In this document: in pieces, positions 26,366 to 36,775 of the stretch
Layout of the letters: the number at the start of each line of letters is the position of its first letter
How positions within the stretch are numbered: position 1 is the first letter of the stretch
NCBI GenBank assembly: GCA_016192685.1
Contig: JACPTS010000001.1
Coordinates: 225,710 to 289,709 of the forward strand
Length of the DNA stretch: 64,000 nucleotides
Source of the DNA: Candidatus Harrisonbacteria bacterium
Lineage (GTDB): Bacteria > Patescibacteriota > Minisyncoccia > UBA6257 > 02-FULL-45-10c
Direction of reading: 5' to 3'
Translations under genes and position numbers: made by a program
Notes under the pieces: model-generated
Databases searched by the model: none
What the model saw: the letters and a program-made list of their open reading frames with translations, nothing else
Told to the model about the DNA's origin: nothing

Positions 26366-27667
26366 TCAAAACAAACTGTTCTGGCTATCAATTTTCTTCC
26401 TATCCTCCTCATCAAAAATTTTGATGACGCCAAATTCGCCGTCATAGCCGGGCTCAATTTTTAATTTTCCTTCCCGCATCCGCCTTACGCCTTCGGCAAT
26501 TTCCGGCTTAGAAGCCAAGGCAATTTCTTTAATCGGCGTATCCTGTAAAATTGTAAATTCCGAGCCAAAAGCCTTAATCAATTTTTCATATTCTTTCATA
26601 ACTGATTTTGTTGCTTTGCCTACATCCAGCGCCTCGCCAATTATGGAATCCAGAGTTACTAAATTTTTAAAAGACACTCGTTTTGCGTCTTGATAGCCTT
26701 CAGGGCGGTCTTTTGCCGCCAATTGGCTAACTCGATATACCACGCCAATCGTGAGTTTCTTGCCACACTTCGGGCATAAGTCTTTATGTTTTTTTGTCTC
26801 GCTGGGCGGCATCACTACCCCGCAAGCCCGATGGCCGTCATAATGGTATTTTCCTTCTTCCGGAAAAAATTCGATTGTCTCAATAAAACGAGACAATCGT
26901 CCTGAGCTTGTCGAAGGACTCCCATTCTTTATCGCATCCATAATGCCCTTATAAGATAATTCGGTGTCAAAAACATTCGCTTCCCTGCCGATTCTTTGCA
27001 AGCTATGCGAATCCGAATTAGAAATCAAAGCAATTTTATCCAGCGCTGGCACTCGCCAGTTCATCGGCGGATCACTGCTTAATCCGGTTTCAATAGCAAA
27101 AATTTTATCCGTGTATTTCCCAAAGCATTCTTCCAGCGAATCAAATCCGGACATGGAGCCGAAAACCGAAAACCACGGCGTCCAGGCATGGGCCGGCACC
27201 ATCACTGCTTCAGGGTTAGCGGTAAAAACAATCTCCGCCAGTTTTTCTGAATCCAGACCTAAAATCGGCCGGCCATCAGAAGCAAGTTTACCCACCCAGG
27301 AAAGCTGGGTGTTAATTTTTTCCGCGGTTTCCAAATCCGGCGCCATAACAATATGATGCACCCGCCGGGTTTTCCCGCCTCGCGAATAAATGCAGGAAAT
27401 TTCCACCGACAACAAAAATCGTGTCTCCGCCAAAGTATTTTTTAAGGTTGGCTTTTTCAGGTGCGATTTTAATTTAAAAAGCCCGGGCTCCGCGGGTTCT
27501 AATTTTTCTTTAATTTCCCTAAACCAAGCCGGGTGGGTAAAATCGCCAGTGCCCATCACTAAAATACCCTTATCATCCGCCCACCTATCCAACTCCTCCA
27601 AAACCATATTCCTGGAAACAGCGCGGGAATATTTTGAATGGATATGCAAGTCCGCAACAAATTTCAT
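26366..27667 (-). CDS. PHP-domain endonuclease Q-family protein
   Basis: ADLHIHSKYSRA, GTGDFTHP, PAHAWTPWF, ETGLSSD, SNSDSHS, Zn-ribbon CPKCG, PGYDGEFG. Confidence 0.85.
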   Translation of the reverse strand: MKFVADLHIHSKYSRAVSRNMVLEELDRWADDKGILVMGTGDFTHPAWFREIKEKLEPAEPGLFKLKSHLKKPTLKNTLAETRFLLSVEISCIYSRGGKTRRVHHIVMAPDLETAEKINTQLSWVGKLASDGRPILGLDSEKLAEIVFTANPEAVMVPAHAWTPWFSVFGSMSGFDSLEECFGKYTDKIFAIETGLSSDPPMNWRVPALDKIALISNSDSHSLQRIGREANVFDTELSYKGIMDAIKNGSPSTSSGRLSRFIETIEFFPEEGKYHYDGHRACGVVMPPSETKKHKDLCPKCGKKLTIGVVYRVSQLAAKDRPEGYQDAKRVSFKNLVTLDSIIGEALDVGKATKSVMKEYEKLIKAFGSEFTILQDTPIKEIALASKPEIAEGVRRMREGKLKIEPGYDGEFGVIKIFDEEDRKKIDSQNSLF

Positions 27668-27731
27668 CTTTATAATTATACAAAATAAAAATCCGAGCTA
27701 AAAGCTCGGAAAAATTACTAGTCGCCAGTCG

Positions 27732-29051
27732 CTAATCACTAGTCGCTAAATTTTGTAATGCTTTATCAACTGCTTCGCCAAACTGCGGGCCGACCGACAT
27801 TCCGGCATGATAGCGATGCTTTCCGGAATCAAAATCTTCCGGTAAAAGAATATAGCCAAGCTCGCCATTAGTTAAACCAAAAATAAATTTTGGCTGCCCT
27901 TTCATTTTGACTTTCGTTCGCCGCCAGATTTTCGGAAAAAGTTCGCCGGGCACTGTAACAATTTCTGCCGGACCGATATTTAGCTTAACCAAATTAATAT
28001 CCATTCTTCTGTTCTCATCGGCTAAATTAGATATTATTCCGAGTTTCGCCGCCCATAAAAATTTCTTATTTTGAAGCGGGACATTGAGTCTAGTCGTCTT
28101 TCCACTAATATCTGAATGTTTGGGAATAATTGGGCGCTTTAATGACTCATAAACCGCATCGGCTAAATTTTCTCCAAGAGTCCGGACAAAATAACTATCG
28201 GTATTATTATCTCCCGACGGCTGAACGCCGCCAACCGCTCCCGGCACAAACATCACCTCGCCTCCGGTAAGCCTACCCAACCGCTCCGATAAGTAATGAG
28301 GAAAGTCGGCTGAAATATGAAAACTCTTCACTACATCGGCATGCACCGCAAAATTTACCAGCGTCACCGGCTTTCCAAAAGAAAGCAGTACCTGCATAAC
28401 CGCTACTCCATAATCCGGGGGATTTTCATCTCTTCCCGATGAATAACCCTCAAACTCTCCTTCGGCAAAACGGATTCTTCCGCTCTTAAGATTGGCAACT
28501 GATTCATCAATCGCCTCCGCGATTTTTTGCCGCAAAAACTGCATATATTTCCTATTTTTACCGCTAAACAAGGGAATTCCCCAAAGGCCGATGGTGTCCG
28601 GACCAGAATGGGTGTGGGTGGCGCTTATAAATATTGAAGCTGGGTCAACATTATTTACTGAATGCGTAATTTTATCTATCTCATCCGGCAATAAACCAAT
28701 AAGGTCGCAGGAAGCAATTACCAAGCCGTTCCCATGGCGGTCTTGAAGCGCCAAGCTCTTAACCCAAAGCCGGTCATGGACAAAAATTCCCGGATGCGGC
28801 GGATAATAGCCGGCCAGCCAAGAAAATCTTGGCGGCGTAATATCCCGCTTGGCAAAACCGGCTTTAATCGGAGCGCCAAAAGACTGGCGCTTATAAGCTT
28901 CTGGCGGGCGGAAAAATCTGGTCGGTTCTGGCATGGACAAAAAAATCGTGTTCCGGAAAGGCAGATAATATGCCGCCAAAAAATAAAAGGCTAACGGGAT
29001 TCCCGCCGCTAACACCCAAAACAAAAAACTCATCTTCCACCCCCTTTCCAC
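27732..29051 (-). CDS. Neutral/alkaline ceramidase-like hydrolase with N-terminal TM anchor
   Basis: AGFAKRDITP, VHDRLWVKSLAL, ISATHTHSGP, LVNFAVH, TVPGELF, GYI. Confidence 0.7.
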   Translation of the reverse strand: MERGWKMSFLFWVLAAGIPLAFYFLAAYYLPFRNTIFLSMPEPTRFFRPPEAYKRQSFGAPIKAGFAKRDITPPRFSWLAGYYPPHPGIFVHDRLWVKSLALQDRHGNGLVIASCDLIGLLPDEIDKITHSVNNVDPASIFISATHTHSGPDTIGLWGIPLFSGKNRKYMQFLRQKIAEAIDESVANLKSGRIRFAEGEFEGYSSGRDENPPDYGVAVMQVLLSFGKPVTLVNFAVHADVVKSFHISADFPHYLSERLGRLTGGEVMFVPGAVGGVQPSGDNNTDSYFVRTLGENLADAVYESLKRPIIPKHSDISGKTTRLNVPLQNKKFLWAAKLGIISNLADENRRMDINLVKLNIGPAEIVTVPGELFPKIWRRTKVKMKGQPKFIFGLTNGELGYILLPEDFDSGKHRYHAGMSVGPQFGEAVDKALQNLATSD

Positions 29052-29117
29052 GCCAACCCCTTATCAGTTATCAGAGAACTGGCATCAGATTACAGAAAAA
29101 ACGGCGCTCTGTCAAAA

Positions 29118-30053
29118 TTAAAAATATCTTACCTCTTCTTGTAAAGTAATGCCAAATTTTTTCTTAACTCGGTTTTTTAAAATTTTTGCCAATTTCTTAA
29201 CCTCGCTGGCTTTTCCTTTGCCGCTGTTAATAAACAAATTTCCGTGAAAATCAGCTATTTGAATTCCGCCGACTCGCATTCCTTTCGCGCCAACTTCTTC
29301 CAGTAAATAACCGGCTGGAATTTTTCCGTCTATTATTTTAGCTTTAGCAATCTTTGCCAAAGATTTTTTAGATATATCTTTAATTAAAACATTTTTAAAA
29401 AAGCTTCCCGGACATTTTAATCCGGGCTTATATTTTTTAAGCCGTAATTGAATAATATCGCGGGAAATTCTTTTTAATTTTTTGGGGTTGCTTTTTTTAA
29501 ATCTAAGCACCGCCCGAAGCGCTATCCAAGGCTTTTTCTTAAATACGCTTTCCCGATACTGAAACTGGCATTCTTTGTTTAAAAGCCACTTTTTGCCATC
29601 GCCCTCCGTAGCTTTAGCGAAGGACGGGTTCCATACCTCTACTTTTTCCGCCACTTCTGAAATTGAACGCCCATAAGCACCGGCGTTGCCCACAATCGCC
29701 CCGCCAACCGTGCCCGGAATACCTGCCAGCGTTTCTAATCCTTGTAGCCCATTTTTATTTGCCACTGCTATCACGCGAGATAGCGGCACACCCGCATCTA
29801 CAATAATTTTATTCCCCGCCGCTTTTATATTTTTACTGCTTATTTTTATCAATAAACAATTCAGAGTTTTATCCGGAAAAACCACATTGCTTCCGCCGGC
29901 AATAATTTTATAAGGCGCTTTGAGGCGCTTCGCCGCCCGGATTGCCTCTAATAACTCTCTGTCATTTCCAACTTCGCAAAAAAATTTAACTTGGCCGCCA
30001 ATTTTAAAAGTGGAAAGAGGCGCCAAATTCCTATTTTTCTGGACTTTAATCAT
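29118..30053 (-). CDS. murB: UDP-N-acetylmuramate dehydrogenase
   Basis: STFKIGG, GGSNV, GIPGTVGGAIVGNAGAYG, GSFFKN, HGNLFIN, LQEEV. Confidence 0.95.
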   Translation of the reverse strand: MIKVQKNRNLAPLSTFKIGGQVKFFCEVGNDRELLEAIRAAKRLKAPYKIIAGGSNVVFPDKTLNCLLIKISSKNIKAAGNKIIVDAGVPLSRVIAVANKNGLQGLETLAGIPGTVGGAIVGNAGAYGRSISEVAEKVEVWNPSFAKATEGDGKKWLLNKECQFQYRESVFKKKPWIALRAVLRFKKSNPKKLKRISRDIIQLRLKKYKPGLKCPGSFFKNVLIKDISKKSLAKIAKAKIIDGKIPAGYLLEEVGAKGMRVGGIQIADFHGNLFINSGKGKASEVKKLAKILKNRVKKKFGITLQEEVRYF

Positions 30054-30072
30054 TAAACTATCCTTATACCCC

Positions 30073-30510
30073 TTATTCGTGCGAATTAGGGATATAAAGA
30101 CGAGATAATATAATAGCCAAACTTGGCAAAATCAGCATCTGCAAAATCGGCGAAAGGCCGATGCCAAAAATTAGCGGCATAGCTTCCGCATACGCCCAAC
30201 GATGAGTAAGATAAACAGCGTGATATTCAACAATCGCTTGCCATAACGGCAAGCTAACCCACAACAATACCCAACTGCGATTAAAGTTTTTTACCCACTG
30301 CCAATTTCGCAATAAAAATCCGATTGCTAAATACACCACTACCACCATCAAGGCGTCTTTTAAAGAAACTTCCCAGTGAATCCGCAAAAATTCCAAATAA
30401 TTATCGCGAAGCCCCATGCCTATTTCACTATAAAACGGCATCTGGGAAATTTCCCAAACAAAATTCAAGAGAAAACTGATAAAAAATAAATTCGTTAGAA
30501 ATTTCAACAT
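30073..30510 (-). CDS. Hypothetical membrane protein
   Basis: Four hydrophobic segments; FLLNFVWEISQMPFY, MPLIFGIGLSPILQ. Confidence 0.7.
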   Translation of the reverse strand: MLKFLTNLFFISFLLNFVWEISQMPFYSEIGMGLRDNYLEFLRIHWEVSLKDALMVVVVYLAIGFLLRNWQWVKNFNRSWVLLWVSLPLWQAIVEYHAVYLTHRWAYAEAMPLIFGIGLSPILQMLILPSLAIILSRLYIPNSHE

Positions 30511-30511
30511 G

Positions 30512-30583
30512 TGTCCCCGCGTGGAATTGAACCACGATCTCAGCCTTCGGAGGGCTACGTTCTATCCGTTGAACCACGGGGAC
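30512..30583 (-). tRNA. tRNA-Arg(CCG)
   Basis: Reverse complement gtccccgtggttcaacggatagaacgtagccctCCGaaggctgagatcgtggttcaattccacgcggggaca folds as a cloverleaf. Confidence 0.93.
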
Positions 30584-30601
30584 AACAACCAAAGAATAAG
30601 A

Positions 30602-31129
30602 TTATTTCTCCAAAAACTCAACAATTACTCGCGCTACATCGCCAGGGGATTTTTGAAAAGAAGTTTTAGTCTTTACTTTATTAAAGGCATCTTTGATTTT
30701 TTTGCCAAGTTTATTGGCCAGCTGGTTTTCCGTCACTCTCACGCTGATATCCGACCCGACAAAGCCAATGGCGGCTAACCGATCCAGCGGGTCTTTCAAA
30801 AAAGCCCGGTCGCAATAAGCATTCGCCAAATTAATCACTTCATTTTTCAATTTTTCCGGAACATTTCTGATAATTACCTCTCCCTCATATTGGCGGTTTT
30901 TAATCATCTGACAGGCCGGGCAGACGGCAAATTTAACCGGCAAATCCTTATTCTCGCGCTTGGCAATAAAAGCATCGGCATTGTGATGCCAGGATTTCTG
31001 ATAATAAAAAATATCGCATTTCTCGCAAATTACCAGCCCCTTTCCCCCGCCGGGAAATTCATGGGCGTCCCGCCTCAAACGGGGATTTTTAAAATTAAGT
31101 CTTTTAGCTGTCTTTTTTATTTCTGCCAT
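30602..31129 (-). CDS. Hypothetical Zn-binding protein (CxxC...CPAC; BCAM0308/NMD3-like)
   Basis: ICEKCDIFYYQKSWHH, CPACQMI, VTENQLANKLGKKI. Confidence 0.6.
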   Translation of the reverse strand: MAEIKKTAKRLNFKNPRLRRDAHEFPGGGKGLVICEKCDIFYYQKSWHHNADAFIAKRENKDLPVKFAVCPACQMIKNRQYEGEVIIRNVPEKLKNEVINLANAYCDRAFLKDPLDRLAAIGFVGSDISVRVTENQLANKLGKKIKDAFNKVKTKTSFQKSPGDVARVIVEFLEK

Positions 31130-32262
31130 ATATTTATTATGACATAACCCAATACTCCCATAAATATCAAAATTAAAACCGGCACGGTTTTTCTGACTAA
31201 ATTCCCGGCAATAATCGGCGGGAAATCAGAAATTTTATCCGCCTTAAGCCACATAAAAATTATCAATAAGTTTTCCAGCGGCAAAAAAAGCAACCCCACA
31301 AAACTGACTAAATAAATAAAATTTTGAAATCCGGAAAAATAAAGAGCCGGGGGCGTAAAAATAACTAAAGCGCGGCTTAACCAGCCCGGAAGAAAAAGGT
31401 CGTATTCCAAAATTCTTCTTGCGTTTAAACCAACTACTATATAAGAGCTGATAAGGGATAAAAATCCCAAAATTCCTAAAAAGACCAAAACTGGGTCTGG
31501 GACGCGGCCAATCAATCCGGAAACTGAATCCTCGGAAATCTGTCCGGATAAGCCCCAAATTCCGAAAACAAAGGCGGCATACGCCAACGCCGGCAAAACA
31601 CTGCTTAAAGCCAATGATTTTTTTAAAAAAGAAAACGGGGCGGAAGATTCTTTAAAATAACTCACTACTTCCGGAACCGCCAAACTGCCGGACAAAGCAA
31701 AAAGAATCGGGCCGGCAACAAAAATCCGGGACCAATCAATACTCTCCTGAAAATTGGCGGTTAATAAAAATTTTTTAAGGCCGAGAACGGCTATCAAAAT
31801 AATAATCAAAACTATTCCGGCTACCATTAAAAATTCCAACAGGGCGATGCGGCGGGTATTAAATAAAATTATCAATGATCCGATAATCCAAAAAATTAAA
31901 AGCTGGTTTAACGATTCGCCGGAAAAAATTAATCCGGAAAAACTGGGGGCTAAAATCAAATAAATCGTTAAAACAAAAAATAATTGGATTAATCCGACAA
32001 AAAGCGCCGGCCAAAAACCGGCGTTTCCGAAATAAATCCTGGCATAGCCCACCAAGCGATGCTCGCCATAAGTGCGCAGGATAAGGTCGGCATAAAGCCA
32101 ATAAACCAAAATATAAATTGCCGCGAAAGCCGCCAAATAAATTAAACCGGTTAAAAAACCGGCTTCCTGAAAAACAAACGGCAAGGAAAACATCCCTGCC
32201 CCGATAATTGTTCCTGCTAAAATACTCGCCGGCAAAATAATTCTAGTCCAAACCATGGCCAT
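31117..32262 (-). CDS. Aromatic amino acid / HAAAP-family permease
   Basis: LAGTIIGAGMFSLPF, about 11 TM helices. Confidence 0.82.
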   Translation of the reverse strand: MAMVWTRIILPASILAGTIIGAGMFSLPFVFQEAGFLTGLIYLAAFAAIYILVYWLYADLILRTYGEHRLVGYARIYFGNAGFWPALFVGLIQLFFVLTIYLILAPSFSGLIFSGESLNQLLIFWIIGSLIILFNTRRIALLEFLMVAGIVLIIILIAVLGLKKFLLTANFQESIDWSRIFVAGPILFALSGSLAVPEVVSYFKESSAPFSFLKKSLALSSVLPALAYAAFVFGIWGLSGQISEDSVSGLIGRVPDPVLVFLGILGFLSLISSYIVVGLNARRILEYDLFLPGWLSRALVIFTPPALYFSGFQNFIYLVSFVGLLFLPLENLLIIFMWLKADKISDFPPIIAGNLVRKTVPVLILIFMGVLGYVIINIWQK

Positions 32263-32707
32263 TATCTCTAGAAAATTTCTTTATAAATTTCTGCTCAACC
32301 GGCCACAAAACTAAAAATACTAAAATAGTAATCAAGGTTGCCCAAACCGCCACCTCTACCAAACCAAAACCAACCGCCATTCCGATAGCCGCCGCCACCC
32401 AAACGCCGGCTGCCGTAGTCAAACCCTGAACCCGGGAATGAGATTGGTCAAAAATAATAAGGCCAGCGCCTAAAAATCCTATCCCGGTAACCACCTGAGC
32501 GGCAATCCTGGTCGGATCAATGGTCGGTCCGGATAAAAGAGCTGGAGCAACGGTAAAAAGCGCCGAGCCAAGCGCCACCAAAGCATGGGTGCGCATACCG
32601 GCGGATTTATGGGCAATTTCCCGTTCCACGCCAATAAGCGCGCCTAAAAATACTGCCAGCAGCATCTTTTTTAAAATTGCTAATGCGAGCGGGTCTAATA
32701 AAATCAC
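32243..32707 (-). CDS. MgtC/SapB family membrane protein
   Basis: IGVERE, AGMRTHALV, DPTRIAAQVVTGIGFLGAG, GLTTAA. Confidence 0.92.
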   Translation of the reverse strand: MILLDPLALAILKKMLLAVFLGALIGVEREIAHKSAGMRTHALVALGSALFTVAPALLSGPTIDPTRIAAQVVTGIGFLGAGLIIFDQSHSRVQGLTTAAGVWVAAAIGMAVGFGLVEVAVWATLITILVFLVLWPVEQKFIKKFSRDNGHGLD

Positions 32708-32710
32708 AAA

Positions 32711-33007
32711 TTAATTTAAATAAACTTTATCCCCTTCTCTTACTTTTTCTTTTACTTTCAAACCCACTTCTTTGCCGCGCGGAGCCAGAGAAACTGATTT
32801 ATGGTCCAGCTCCATAGAAGAAAGGTCCTGGGAAAAATCCGTGGTGGCGCCCTGAAAAGTGACATTTTTTCCAGCCGGCATATCTTGATTAAATTTAACA
32901 ATCGCTACGCCAAGATTGCCGTAATAATGAGTCACCTCGCCAACCGGTTTATCGGTGCGCGAAACTTTCTTGGAAAGCCCGAGCGCTCTTAATAATTTTT
33001 TAAGCAT
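32711..33007 (-). CDS. Small translation-factor-like beta-barrel protein
   Basis: VGEVTHYYGNLGVAIV, GATTDFSQ, VGLKVKEKVREGDKVY. Confidence 0.7.
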   Translation of the reverse strand: MLKKLLRALGLSKKVSRTDKPVGEVTHYYGNLGVAIVKFNQDMPAGKNVTFQGATTDFSQDLSSMELDHKSVSLAPRGKEVGLKVKEKVREGDKVYLN

Positions 33008-33604
33008 TTAAACATATCTATTATTAACGCGACCTTTTTTATCTTTTTCAATTTCAGCCGCTACCTTATCCAATAAATCCTTAATATCTTTTGAATACAC
33101 CACCCGGCCCGGACCGCGGTGCATCCTTTTTATAATATCCCGGAGCTCATCCGCGGTGCCGCCGGTTCCTTCCAAAACTCCGATTGGTTTTTGGTCTTCA
33201 AAAGCAATCGTAAATTCGTTAAGCGTGCCCATCCGGCCGCAAATCGTAATAATGGCATCTGCTGAACGGGTTAAAAGCAAATTTCTTCCTGAATATTCAA
33301 ATCCAGTATATACAATAACATCGTGATAGTCAGTAGGTAATTTGTAAGTTTTAGAATGGGCTGCTTCCGAAGCTGCCGGCGAAAGGCCGATAACAATTCC
33401 ACCCTCTTCTTTGGCGCCCTTAGCGGCCCAGTAAGGAATACCAACCGTCGCGCCGGTTACCAGCACCATGCCGCGCCGCGCGATTTCCCGGCCCATTTCT
33501 TCGGCTTTTTCCGGCGCGTCAATGGCGCAATGGCCGGTATCCGCCGCTCCGGAAATGCAAATTTTATATTTTAACTGGTGCCGACGAGTAAGTTTGGTTG
33601 CCAT
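33008..33604 (-). CDS. LOG / SLOG-family nucleotide-binding protein
   Basis: LVTGAT.G.P, GLSPA, GRNLLLTRSAD, GRMGTLNEF. Confidence 0.8.
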   Translation of the reverse strand: MATKLTRRHQLKYKICISGAADTGHCAIDAPEKAEEMGREIARRGMVLVTGATVGIPYWAAKGAKEEGGIVIGLSPAASEAAHSKTYKLPTDYHDVIVYTGFEYSGRNLLLTRSADAIITICGRMGTLNEFTIAFEDQKPIGVLEGTGGTADELRDIIKRMHRGPGRVVYSKDIKDLLDKVAAEIEKDKKGRVNNRYV

Positions 33605-33617
33605 ACATCAGATTATA

Positions 33618-34958
33618 TCACAATTCATAAACTTTTTTCTCTTCCGGAATTTCCGCATGGACCGCCAGATCATTGATTATTTTCTTAACCAAAGCGCTGC
33701 TTTCCTCTTCCTCACCCTGAACCGCAAATACTTTTTTTAAAGACATCCGCATCGGCAACAGCCATTCCAAAAGCTGCCGCTGATCCGCGTGCGCTGAATA
33801 TTCTTCAATAGAAACCACTCGGCAGCGAACCGAAACTTTTTCACCATGAATTTTTACCATTTTTTCACCGTCTAAAATTTTTCTGCCCAAAGAACTTTTG
33901 GCCTGATAACCGATAAATAAAATCGTACTTTTCGGGTCCGGCAAATACCGCTTTTCATGGTGTAAAATCCGTCCGCCCTGCGACATTCCGGAGCCCGCAA
34001 TAATTATTTTTGGCGGCGGCGTTTCATTGATTTTTTTTGATTCCTCGGTAGTTAAAGTTTTTTTGAGGCCGGGAAAATCAAAAAGCATATTGTCGCCCCG
34101 GAGCAAATTCATGGTCGCTTCGTCAAAATAATCTTTATATTTTTTATAAACCTCGGTAACTTTAATAGCGAGCGGGCTATCCAGAAAAACCGGAATTTTC
34201 GGAATCCGCCCATTTTCCACGAGTTCATTGATTTCAAATAATAATTTTTGCGTTCGTTCCATGGCAAAAGCCGGAATCATCAAAACACCGCCGGCCTTAA
34301 TAGTTTCTTCAATGATATTTTCCAGCATTCCCTCCGGAGCCGGCTGATGCAAACGATCTCCGTAAGCCGATTCAATCACGCAATAATCCGCTTCCGGAAT
34401 TTGTTCAGTCGGACCGATGATTGGCGCCGGAGTATTGCCCAAATCTCCGGAAAAAACGATTTTTTTGCCTTCGGCTTCCACTACTACAATACTGGAACCT
34501 AAAATATGGCCAGCATTATATAAAGTTACTTTAAATGGCCCGACCCGGATTTCTTGATGATAGGTCACCCCTTCCCAGCGAACCATTAATTCTTCTATTT
34601 CCCGAACGCCGTAAAGCGCCGGTTTTTTAAAATGCTCCGCCGATTCTAAAAGCACATGCTCTGAATCCAGCAAAAGCAAATTCGCAAAATCGCGCGTCGG
34701 CGGCGTGGAATAAACCTTCCCCCGAAAGCCGTCTTTTACCAATTTGGGCAGACGGCCAGTATGGTCAATATGAGCATGAGTTATAAAAACCGCGCTAATT
34801 GTTTTAGTATCATAAGGAAATGAATCCCAATTATGTTCGCTGCAAAAATGCCCGGCCTGGTGCAGTCCGCAGTCAATTAAAATTCTGGTATCGCCGCTTT
34901 CCAATAAATAATTCGCCCCGGTAACTTCCTTAACGCCGCCGTAAAAAGTAAGTTTCAT
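33618..34958 (-). CDS. Metallo-beta-lactamase / beta-CASP RNA-processing nuclease
   Basis: THAHIDHTG, AGHILGS, FSGDLG, ESAYG, AGSGM..GGRI, YSAHAD. Confidence 0.9.
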   Translation of the reverse strand: MKLTFYGGVKEVTGANYLLESGDTRILIDCGLHQAGHFCSEHNWDSFPYDTKTISAVFITHAHIDHTGRLPKLVKDGFRGKVYSTPPTRDFANLLLLDSEHVLLESAEHFKKPALYGVREIEELMVRWEGVTYHQEIRVGPFKVTLYNAGHILGSSIVVVEAEGKKIVFSGDLGNTPAPIIGPTEQIPEADYCVIESAYGDRLHQPAPEGMLENIIEETIKAGGVLMIPAFAMERTQKLLFEINELVENGRIPKIPVFLDSPLAIKVTEVYKKYKDYFDEATMNLLRGDNMLFDFPGLKKTLTTEESKKINETPPPKIIIAGSGMSQGGRILHHEKRYLPDPKSTILFIGYQAKSSLGRKILDGEKMVKIHGEKVSVRCRVVSIEEYSAHADQRQLLEWLLPMRMSLKKVFAVQGEEEESSALVKKIINDLAVHAEIPEEKKVYEL

Positions 34959-36175
34959 ATTTCAATTCTCTCATTATTCAAAATCCGAAGTACAATCTCC
35001 CGTTCGTTCCAGGGGATTTTCTTGCCGTTTGCCACTCGCAGATATGGCTCCGAACCCTTGCCGGTAATAATCACCGTATCGCCTTTTTCAGCAGATTGAA
35101 TCGCTTTTTTAATAGCGGCTTTTCGGTCAATAATTTCATTCACTTTGGAAATCGGAAATTGGGTTTTGGTGATTCCGGATTTTATCTCGGATAAAATCTG
35201 ATTCGGGTCTTCATCAAAAGGGTCTTCGTTGGTTAAAATAATCTGGTCGCAATATTTGGAAGCAATTTCTCCCATTACCGGCCGCTTCCAGACATCCCGG
35301 CCGCCGCCAGCGGCTCCAAGAACACATATTAACTTTTGACTTTTGATTTTTGATTTTTGACTTTTTAGGGTTTGATAAACTTTTTCCAAAGAATCCGGAG
35401 TATGGGCGTAATCAATAATTACGGAAAAAGGAATTTTCTGGACAAACTCCAACCGGCCCGGCACGCCGTCAAAAGTTTCAATGGCGGAACGGATAGTATC
35501 CCAATCAATATTCTGGGAACGGGCAAAGGCAATGGCCGCCGCGATGTTTTCCAGATTAAATTCTCCCAAAAGCTTGGTTTTAATTTTCATTTTCCTAATA
35601 TCGCTTTTTTCAAAAAAAATAATTTTTCCTTTTCCTTCGGCGGCTTTTAAAAAATAATCTTTGTCCTTAACTTCCGAGTTAATAAAAAAGAATTTCGGTT
35701 TTTTTAAAGAATGCCTGGCCGCATCAAGAAAAAATTTAACTTTGCTTTCCCGGTAATTTTCATAGGAACCGTGGGCTTCAATATGCTCCGGCTCTAAATT
35801 GGTAAGAAGGACGCTGTTAAAATCAATAAACCGGTGCCGATGCTGTAAAATTCCCTGAGAAGTCACCTCAATAATCGCGTAATCGCAGCCGCTTTGAACC
35901 GCCTCAGAAAGAAGCTTTTGCAATAAAAATCTGCCCGGCATAGTCATGCCGGTCAGATTGCGAAAGCTCAAAAGGTCGTTTTTAAAACGCACCGAAGAAA
36001 TCACGGCGGTTTTTTTGCCGGCGGATTCTAAAATCGCGTTAATCAGCTCAATAACCGTTGATTTGCCTTTTGTTCCGGTGACGCCAATTACAAAAAGTTT
36101 CCTGGACGGATGTTTATAAAACCCGCTGCCAAACCAAGCGAGTAAATAATGGTAAGTTGAACGCAAAAATTTCAT
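34955..36175 (-). CDS. murE: UDP-N-acetylmuramyl-tripeptide synthetase
   Basis: GVTGTKGKST, VPGRLE, IDYAHTPDSL, GAAGGGRD, TGKGSE. Confidence 0.85.
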   Translation of the reverse strand: MKFLRSTYHYLLAWFGSGFYKHPSRKLFVIGVTGTKGKSTVIELINAILESAGKKTAVISSVRFKNDLLSFRNLTGMTMPGRFLLQKLLSEAVQSGCDYAIIEVTSQGILQHRHRFIDFNSVLLTNLEPEHIEAHGSYENYRESKVKFFLDAARHSLKKPKFFFINSEVKDKDYFLKAAEGKGKIIFFEKSDIRKMKIKTKLLGEFNLENIAAAIAFARSQNIDWDTIRSAIETFDGVPGRLEFVQKIPFSVIIDYAHTPDSLEKVYQTLKSQKSKIKSQKLICVLGAAGGGRDVWKRPVMGEIASKYCDQIILTNEDPFDEDPNQILSEIKSGITKTQFPISKVNEIIDRKAAIKKAIQSAEKGDTVIITGKGSEPYLRVANGKKIPWNEREIVLRILNNERIEI

Positions 36176-36750
36176 CTTGATTTCAATAATTTCAACGCTT
36201 CTTTAATGCGATCTTCCATTTTACCAACGCTGGCACTGACTTTCGCCAGCGCTTCTTTGGCCTGCGATTTGGTATAGCCCAAATTCGCCAGCGCTTCCAC
36301 GATATCTTGGTCTGATTCCATCAAACCGACAATGCCGCCAGCTCCTTCTTGTTGCAATTTACCCCGCAATTCCAAAATTACCCGTTCAGCAATTTTCTTG
36401 CCGATTCCGGACGCCCTGGTTAAAAGTTCCGAACGCCCCTCGCTGATGGCCGCTTTCAATTTTTCTACCTTTTCCACGCCCATAATGTTCAAAGCAGACT
36501 TGGGGCCGATGCCGGAAATGCCGATTAACATTTCAAAAAGGCTTAATTCATCCTTATTTAAAAAACCATATAGTTCCAAAGCGTCTTCCCGGACATGCAA
36601 GTAAGTAAAAACTTTGACTTTTTCGCCAATAGCCGGTAAACTCTTCACGACGCTAAAAGAAGATTTGATTTGAAAAGCAAGGCCGCCCAACTCAATGACA
36701 AAAAAATTATCTCTTTTTTCAGTTAGATTGCCCTGAAGGGAATAAATCAT
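36172..36750 (-). CDS. ruvA: Holliday junction branch migration protein RuvA
   Basis: TYLHVREDALELYGF, SGIGPKSA, GIGKKIAERVILEL. Confidence 0.96.
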   Translation of the reverse strand: MIYSLQGNLTEKRDNFFVIELGGLAFQIKSSFSVVKSLPAIGEKVKVFTYLHVREDALELYGFLNKDELSLFEMLIGISGIGPKSALNIMGVEKVEKLKAAISEGRSELLTRASGIGKKIAERVILELRGKLQQEGAGGIVGLMESDQDIVEALANLGYTKSQAKEALAKVSASVGKMEDRIKEALKLLKSR

Positions 36751-36775
36751 TTATTTTAATTATAAATTTATATAT

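Noticed and set aside
30073-30583. Integrated element at tRNA-Arg (a gene starts 1 nt after the tRNA 3' end)
   Set aside because: No integrase and no duplicated tRNA 3' end was seen downstream.
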